Assembly (NCBI GenBank): GCA_900766735.1
Contig: CAAFWO010000052.1
Span: 58,539-122,538 of the forward strand
DNA: 64,000 nt
Direction of reading: 5' to 3'
DNA from: Clostridia bacterium
GTDB taxonomy: Bacteria > Bacillota > Clostridia > CAKSNL01 > HGM11501
In this document: positions 57,850 to 64,000 of the stretch, one piece after another
How the letters are laid out: each line of letters starts with the position of its first letter
How positions within the stretch are numbered: the stretch's first letter is position 1
Notes under the pieces: generated by a model
What the model saw: the letters and a program-made list of their open reading frames with translations, nothing else
Told to the model about the DNA's origin: nothing
Database searches by the model: none
Position numbers and translations under genes: made by a program

Positions 57850-60597
57850 ATGAAACGAAGAGTATGTATTTTACTTGCGCTCACGCTTCTTTTGTCGGCC
57901 TTTGTTTCCGTTTCGGCGGCAGACAAGGTGTTCACGGCGAAGGACGTGACGGAGCAGATCGGCGACGTTAAGATCGAAAACGGCGTCGTTGCTATCGGCG
58001 GAAATCTGAAGCTTTCCGCTATCGGGTTCAAGGCGGATCTGACGGGCGTTAAGTCCATCGAGATCAAGGCAAAGGAATACCGTGACCCGAACGGTGAAAT
58101 TTTCAGAGTTAAGGTGGACGACCCCAATTCATTAAGCATCGGCGAGATCGTGTTCGGTGACGGATCCGATACCGCAAGCGGTAACATCAGCGAGCAGAAG
58201 GGCGTTCACACGGTCTATCTTTATACGACGCTCCTTTCGACCGGTGCCAAGTGGGAGATTGAGACCATCACGTTAAAGAGCGAGGCTAAAAAGCTCGTAA
58301 CCCCCGTGCCGGACGATAAGATAATCGACAACTGGCACGACACATGGGCCGCGACCGACAGCTACGGAAGGCGCGTTGCGGACTTTGAGGAAACCGGACC
58401 CGTTAAAGAGGGAAACCGCAAAGTCGGTATGTTCTACTGGCCGAGCCTTACGACCGGCACGACCGGTGTGACGCCCGATATTTTAAGGGCACATCCCGAA
58501 GCGTACGGCGACTTTAAGAACCCGGCGTGGAAGAACGGCGGCAAGGAAATAGCTTACTGGTGGGGCGAGCCTGTTTACGGCTTTTACTCAGAGACTGATT
58601 ACTGGGTGCTTAAAAAGCACGGCACGATCCTTGCAAACGCCGGTGTGGACGCGATATTTATGGACTACACCAACGACGCGGGATTAAACATCAAGAACTA
58701 CAACCGCATTTTAAGGGTGTTCCACGACCTTCGCGAGGAGGGCATAAACGCTCCCAAGGTCAGCATCTACGGCAACATGGGCGGCGCGTCGAACGGAACT
58801 CCGAGAGAGGTTCTGCCGGCGATGTATTATAATCAGGTTAAGTCCGGCGAGTGGGACGACCTCATCTTCTACTGGGAGGGCGACCCGATGTACATAAACT
58901 TCCCGCTCTCCGAAAAGTCAAAGGTGACCGAGGATAAGGATCTTGAAAAGCTCTTTGCAGACATTGACTTCAAGCTCAACTTAAGAGACACGGGCGAGCT
59001 TCGCGGCGGCGCCGCAACAAGGGAACACCGCCACGTAAACTGGCTTGAGGAATATCCCCAGCATCCCTTCGGCGTGACGGACAGCGGAAGAAGAGAGACA
59101 ATCTCATTGGCTGTCGGAATCAACCAGTCTTATGTTGACGGAAGCTCGATTGTCGGCGTATTTTCCGACCCCTATACAAAGGGCAGAGCATATTCCGAGG
59201 CGTTCGGCGAGGACTACAGAGCGGACAACGGAAGAACCGCATATTTCTTCCGCGAGCAGGCCGCTCATGCTCTTAACGTGGACGCGGAATTCGTGTTCGT
59301 TGACGGCTGGAACGAGTGGAAGACACCCATCTATAACTCTTTCGGAACCCACACGGGAACGGTTTTCGTTGACCTTTTTGACGAGGAGAACAGCCGTGAC
59401 TTTGAGCCTTCCAGAAGCTATTTAAAGGACGACTATTATAACCTTTTAGTCGACTTTATAAGAAAATACAAGGGCACGCGCCCGGCACCCGTTGCAACCG
59501 CGGCCGCAACTATCGACATTAACGGCGCACCGTCGCAGTGGGACTCTGTCGGCCCGATGTTCTATAACGACTTTGACAACTATGAGCGCGACTACACCGG
59601 CGGAGAGGACTTTGAGACGGGCGAGCCCGTAAGCTATAAGACGACAGTCAACAACTCCATTTCGCGCGCGAAGGTCGCAAGAGATAACGATAATTTCTAT
59701 TTCTATGTTAAGACGGTGAACCCCATAAAGACCGGCACTCCCGGATTTATGAACCTCTACATAAACTCTGACAGAAACCCGGCAACAGGCTGGGAGGGCT
59801 TTGACTACTCCGTTAACGTGGCCGGCGACAAGGTTCTTGCAAAGGCGGTAAATAACTCCTGGAGCTGGGAGCCTGTTGGTAACATTAACTACACCGTATC
59901 GGGCGACGTACTTCAGATGGCGATCCCGAGAAGCCTCTTAGGCGAGACCGGAACGGTTGACTTTGAGTTTAAGTGGACTGACTCCTTAGTTTGCGACGGA
60001 GATTATCTTGACTTCTATTCTGAAGGCTCCGTAGCTCCTATGGGCAAGTTTAACTACGTTTACACAGAGGTTGAGCAGACCGCTCTTACTCAGGCTGAGC
60101 GCGACGCGCTTCCCGACGTTTCGATCCTCAAGGCGGGCACATCCAAGGCAATTATCGACGGCGGAAAGATGCCTGTTTACGAGAAGGACACCGCGGTTAC
60201 TCCGTTTGAGATGAACGGAACGCTCTATGTTCCGCTCGAAACCTATGAAGAGATCTTGGACTACGGCTTTACAAAGGTTGAATATTCGGCAGAGGACAAC
60301 ACGGTTTACCTCGGAAGGCACGACTTAGAGCCCAATTCGACCGGGAACGTTTACACCATCACGAACTACGAGTGGACATATTCTGTTGTCGGCTCGCTTG
60401 AGGCAAGAAACAACGGAACGCTCCGCACGCTCACCAACGCATGCGTAACGGCTAACGGCCTTGTCTACGTTCCGGTGTCCTACGCGGCAGACGTTTTCGG
60501 CTGGTCCGTAAGGAACGTGGGCGGCGGAATCTGGACGGTGTCCAGAAACCCGGCAAGCGAGAGTGCGGTCAACGCAGTGCTTCATCATTTAGGTTAA
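57850..60597 (+). CDS. Large secreted protein, paralog of 37574-40252 (CBM-like domain, putative glycoside-hydrolase-like domain, CuAO N-terminal-like domain)
   Basis: Signal peptide and conserved blocks shared with the paralog (PVPDDKIIDNWHDTWA.TDS.GR, FREQ.A..L.VD, DGWNEW). Confidence 0.6.
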   Translation: MKRRVCILLALTLLLSAFVSVSAADKVFTAKDVTEQIGDVKIENGVVAIGGNLKLSAIGFKADLTGVKSIEIKAKEYRDPNGEIFRVKVDDPNSLSIGEIVFGDGSDTASGNISEQKGVHTVYLYTTLLSTGAKWEIETITLKSEAKKLVTPVPDDKIIDNWHDTWAATDSYGRRVADFEETGPVKEGNRKVGMFYWPSLTTGTTGVTPDILRAHPEAYGDFKNPAWKNGGKEIAYWWGEPVYGFYSETDYWVLKKHGTILANAGVDAIFMDYTNDAGLNIKNYNRILRVFHDLREEGINAPKVSIYGNMGGASNGTPREVLPAMYYNQVKSGEWDDLIFYWEGDPMYINFPLSEKSKVTEDKDLEKLFADIDFKLNLRDTGELRGGAATREHRHVNWLEEYPQHPFGVTDSGRRETISLAVGINQSYVDGSSIVGVFSDPYTKGRAYSEAFGEDYRADNGRTAYFFREQAAHALNVDAEFVFVDGWNEWKTPIYNSFGTHTGTVFVDLFDEENSRDFEPSRSYLKDDYYNLLVDFIRKYKGTRPAPVATAAATIDINGAPSQWDSVGPMFYNDFDNYERDYTGGEDFETGEPVSYKTTVNNSISRAKVARDNDNFYFYVKTVNPIKTGTPGFMNLYINSDRNPATGWEGFDYSVNVAGDKVLAKAVNNSWSWEPVGNINYTVSGDVLQMAIPRSLLGETGTVDFEFKWTDSLVCDGDYLDFYSEGSVAPMGKFNYVYTEVEQTALTQAERDALPDVSILKAGTSKAIIDGGKMPVYEKDTAVTPFEMNGTLYVPLETYEEILDYGFTKVEYSAEDNTVYLGRHDLEPNSTGNVYTITNYEWTYSVVGSLEARNNGTLRTLTNACVTANGLVYVPVSYAADVFGWSVRNVGGGIWTVSRNPASESAVNAVLHHLG

Positions 60598-60611
60598 GGA
60601 GGGACTGTTAA

Positions 60612-62725
60612 ATGAAAAAGATAATATCACTTATTTTAGCTCTCCTTATGATAGAGAGCCTGGCATTCACCTCATTTGCGGAGGAGAAAATATTGCCCCG
60701 CGCATCGAGCTGGACAATCACTGCGTCCTCGTCATATCCGACGGGCGACATCAGCGCCGCGTTTGACGGTAGCGGCGCGTCATTCTGGCACTCCGACTAT
60801 AACCATAACGGCAAGGAGTTTGTCTGGATAGCGGAATGCCCCCACGCGATACACATCTATTTCGGCGGAATAACCAAGGTTTCGGGCTTCCGATATCTTC
60901 CGAGACAGGACGGAAACGACGTCGGACTTTTTGGCGAGTTCAGGGTTTTCGGCTCCAAGGACGGAACTGAATATACCGAAATATATGAAGGAAAATTCAC
61001 ATGGGACGGAACGGACAGAAAAGCAAAATCCGTTTCATGGGGCGATATGGACCTTCGCGCAATCCAGATTGAAATTTTAAGCACCAACGGCGGCTTTGCG
61101 ACCGCGGCGGCTGTCGATCTTTTGACAGGCGGAACGGGAAGCCCCATAAACAAGGGCGCAAAAATGCTTGTTGAGCCGCCCTATATCGCACCCGGCGAGT
61201 CAAACGGAGAGATCATCGAGCGCGGCGACGAGGCATGGGAGATCGAGGCAAGCTCGAACGACAAGAACAACGGGATCGGAGGCGCGTTTGACGGTAAGGA
61301 GTCGACCTTCTGGCACACCGCTTATCAGACGAACGACGAGAACACCGAGATCGTCTCGCACGACGAGCCTCCGCACACTATCACCGTTAAATTCCCCGAA
61401 GTCAAGGAAATTTCCGGATTCATCGTTGTTCCGCGTACGGGAAGCGATGCGGGCAAATTCAAGAAGTTTGAAATCTATTCGTCAATGAACGGCGATGATT
61501 TCGAGAAGATTTACGAGGGCAACTTTGTCATTATCGGCGGCGACTGGTCTGAGAGCACGGCTTCATGGGGCAACACCAAGATGAAGGCGATCAGAATCGT
61601 TATAACAGAGTCGTTGGGCGGATACGGCACGGCGGCGGAGATCAAATTCTTAAAGGACTCCAAGCCTTCGAAAAGAGCGTTTGACTTCTCCGACTGGAAA
61701 ATTTCCGTCCGCAATCAGAACATGGAAAACTGTTCTGCATCGTGGGGTCGATAGGAAGAATTGTTGACGGCAACGCGGACGCTTACTGGCACTCATACTA
61801 CGAGGCTGAGGGCGCAAACATCACCAAGATGGAGAAGGCTCCCTTCTGGATCGATATGGTTCTTCCCGAGAAGGACACGATCGAGGGCTTTGAATACACC
61901 CCCAGAAACGACAGCTGGCAGGGCAGACTTGTAGAGTACAACATCAATGTTTCGGACTCGGACGACGGCGAGCTTACCACGATCTATACAGGTCACGAGA
62001 GCCGCGACTCCGGCTCTAAGAGAACGATCAACTTCGGTATCGCGGTCGAGGTCAAGAGAATCCAGATCGAGATCATTCAGTCTGCAGGCGACTATGCGGC
62101 GATCTCGGACTTCATATTCACTCCCGGTTAGAAGGGAACAGAGGTCGTTGCTCTTGACAAGTTTGTCGACGAGATGCATAACACGTTCTTAAACGAGATC
62201 GACAAATCAAATTATGTTGTTGAGGCGGATATTGAGAATTTCGGAACAAAGTGGAAGCTTACGAACATCTTTGACGGAGCAACCTCCTCTGCATGGCAGT
62301 CCGAGACGGCAACAAGGCCGGTCACGATCAAGGTTGACCTTGGCGGAAAGCACATTATAAGAGCAATCAACATCTCTCCGATGCTTTCGGCCGGCTTTAT
62401 CGGCTACTGGGAACAGTTCGACATTTTAACAAGCTCGGACGGCAAGAACTATAAGGAGCTCATAAAGGACTACAGCTTCCCGAAGAGAGACCTCTCCGAG
62501 AAGACCATCACGTTAGATGAGCCGGTTCAGACAAGATACATTGCCTTCCGCGTGAAGAAATACACGATTTACATCGAAAAGGCAGGTCAGACCATTCGTT
62601 ACACGATGACCGCGCCGCCCAAGATCAAGAACGGCAGAACTTATATTCCGGTCCGCTTCGTTTCGGAGCACCTGGGCTATAATGTCGGCTGGGACGGCGA
62701 AACAAAGACCATCACGATCAACTAA
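60612..62725 (+). pseudogene. Disrupted paralog of 40266-41711 (four discoidin-like domains plus a CuAO N-like domain), broken by a 1-nt frameshift in a G4 run (~61744-61747) and an in-frame TAG (62129-62131)
   Basis: Three consecutive ORFs (60612-61754, 61742-62131, 62174-62725) continue the same domain series. Restoring one G rejoins the first two. The third is in frame across the TAG. Confidence 0.6.
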
Positions 62726-62726
62726 A

Positions 62727-62766
62727 AAAATCGGTGAGACTATTATTTTGTCTCACCGATTTTTTG
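62727..62766. terminator. Bidirectional rho-independent terminator (atcggtgagac-loop-gtctcaccgat)
   Basis: An 11-bp perfect stem flanked by A7 and T6 runs, between convergent genes. Confidence 0.7.
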
Positions 62767-62806
62767 ATGAAGAAGATGGCGTCCCTATGGTTGGGGTAAT
62801 AGGTGC

Positions 62807-62838
62807 GCCGCAGGGTCGGTTCTCGGAATCGACCGCCG
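62807..62838. repeat. REP-like palindromic element, copy 3 (imperfect: GGTCGGTTCTCGGAATCGACC)
   Basis: Same core as the other copies with one stem mismatch and a 3-nt loop. It has GCAGG/GCCG flanks. Confidence 0.5.
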
Positions 62839-62843
62839 ATTTT

Positions 62844-63656
62844 TTAGTATATATATTCCTCGCCGGGGGTGAAGATGTGAAAGCTTTGGGAGGGGTTTAG
62901 CCTGTAGAGCGTGTCCACAAACTGCGCCGGGTTTAATGAGTTTGCCTCATACATATCAAAGTGCATCGGCACGAGCATTTTTGCGCCGGCCGCCTTTGCC
63001 AGGCGCACGGCCTCGTACGAATCGAAGCAGCCTATAATATCCTCGTGATTTCTGAAATAGTCGCGCCCGTTGACCGGAGTCATTAAAATATCGGAGTCCC
63101 TGACCCGTTCTGTCAGCCCGTCATACATACAGCAGTCGCCGGTGTGGCAGACCTTTTTGCCGCCGAAATCGAAGATGAAGCCGAGCTCCTTATAGTTGCC
63201 GTCCTTGTCCTTATGAAGCTCCTCATGCGCCGCCGGTATCGGGGTGACGGTGATGCCGCCTAAATCGATCGCCTTGTCGGCAGTCACGCCGACGGCCGAT
63301 TTGCCGCAAAGATAGGCCGAAACCTCGCTTTTAATCGCCTCAGAACAGAAAAAGCGCGCCTTGGAGTTGACGCGTGCGATCTCGCCGAGCGTCACGGGGT
63401 CGGCATGGTCGGTATGGTCGTGCGTGCAGAAGACATAGTCTATAAAATCAAGCTCCGCCCCCGTTATGGGCGAGGGGTAGCGCCTGACCCAGCCGGGCGC
63501 AAAATTATTGTTACGGTCGATAATATCCGAAAGGTAACCGTCGATCAGAATGTATTTGCCGCGGAATTTGAAAATGAAACCGACCTGGCCGGTGTAGAAT
63601 AGCGCGACGCGGTCGTCCGGCAGGTTCTCCGACAGAATTTTATCCCTGAGAGTCAT
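62844..63656 (-). CDS. MBL-fold metallo-hydrolase
   Basis: The HxHxDH motif (CTHDHTDHAD) and downstream His/Asp ligands. The start is re-called to an internal ATG preceded by a GAGGTGAT RBS. Confidence 0.7.
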   Translation of the reverse strand: MTLRDKILSENLPDDRVALFYTGQVGFIFKFRGKYILIDGYLSDIIDRNNNFAPGWVRRYPSPITGAELDFIDYVFCTHDHTDHADPVTLGEIARVNSKARFFCSEAIKSEVSAYLCGKSAVGVTADKAIDLGGITVTPIPAAHEELHKDKDGNYKELGFIFDFGGKKVCHTGDCCMYDGLTERVRDSDILMTPVNGRDYFRNHEDIIGCFDSYEAVRLAKAAGAKMLVPMHFDMYEANSLNPAQFVDTLYRLNPSQSFHIFTPGEEYIY

Positions 63657-63756
63657 TTTTATCACCTCGTATAATAAATTGTTGACAATTGTGTTACTGC
63701 GTGATATAATTATAGCTAAAGAAAAGATTTTTGTCAAGCGGAAGGGAGAATTTTTT

Positions 63757-64000
63757 TGAAAAAGTTCATAAGCCAGGAGGATATGAAGATCGCGAATATT
63801 TATGAGGTTCTGTCGCTGATTCGGCGCGAGGGGGCGCTGACGCGAAAGGAAATTCAGGATATTATGGGGCTGTCGTGGGGCGGCGTGTCGCAGATGGTGT
63901 CGCGGCTTATTGAGCTTTCGTTCGTCCGCGAGGTGAAGGAGGATTCGCCCGTCAAGGCCGGGAGGCGCCCGTGCGTGATCGAGCTAAACGGCGACGACAA
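63757..64000 (+). CDS. ROK-family transcriptional regulator (N-terminal HTH part; the 3' end is outside the window)
   Basis: N-terminal winged-HTH typical of ROK repressors (IANIYEVLSLIRREGALTRKEIQDIMGLSWGGVSQMVSRL). It has a TTG start. Confidence 0.5.

Noticed and set aside
61740-61756. Programmed -1 ribosomal frameshift joining ORFs 60612-61754 and 61742-62131
   Set aside because: There is no X_XXY_YYZ slippery heptamer and no downstream pseudoknot-like structure. A simple 1-nt indel in a G4 homopolymer explains the frame change.
62682-62900. 72-aa ORF spanning the terminator and REP copy 3
   Set aside because: It runs through a perfect 11-bp terminator stem and the REP palindrome, and it overlaps the 3' end of the MBL gene on the other strand.
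63657-63737. Longer N-terminal extension (27 aa) of the MBL-hydrolase ORF
   Set aside because: The internal ATG at 63656 (minus strand) has a strong GAGGTGAT RBS, whereas the upstream ATG has none and would add a non-conserved hydrophobic leader. The shorter model is preferred, with moderate confidence.

Overview
This looks like a ~55% GC chromosomal segment from an anaerobic Firmicute (Clostridia-type). That call rests on gene content and order: str operon, dcw-tail genes, a SpoVB-like flippase and an [FeFe]-hydrogenase cluster. The taxonomy is inference only. Most of the window is housekeeping. In order: a prs-like gene (5' partial), a MATE exporter, tsaC/sua5-LMW-PTP-rimI-tsaD, and a large serine recombinase with a coupled upstream small ORF. 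Next is a 12-kb, 7-gene operon (6661-18340) under one strong promoter: a giant SBP-fusion, an NHL-Yip1 protein, a giant secreted protein and two ABC permease pairs, with no ATPase gene. This is followed by an ACT-domain protein, ung, rpsU and a SpoVB-like flippase. Then come the str operon (L7Ae-rpsL-rpsG-fusA-tuf), an ECF sigma/anti-sigma pair, and a 500-bp palindrome-rich (REP-like) noncoding block. A ~0.9-kb AT-rich single-gene insertion flanked by 52-bp direct repeats sits at the 3' end of a second MATE gene. Downstream are an APH-like kinase, an hfs-like sensory [FeFe]-hydrogenase cluster (2Fe-2S ferredoxin, HydS-PAS, PP2C phosphatase, HydA) and ppa. Two paralogous two-gene modules encode large secreted proteins with copper-amine-oxidase N-terminal-like domains (37574-41711 and 57850-62725), and the second partner is a pseudogene. 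The remainder is ilvE, rpmE, miaB-mutS-mutL-miaA, yggS-sepF-yggT-ylmH-divIVA-lspA-rluD, an MBL hydrolase and a 3' partial ROK regulator. No CRISPR array, tRNA or rRNA was recognised. The most promising candidates for something new are the AT-rich orphan-gene insertion at 29.0-30.0 kb, the REP-like family, and the unusual 7-gene transporter-like operon. Coordinates of features not taken from the ORF track (repeats, hairpins, promoters, re-called starts) may be off by 1-2 nt.
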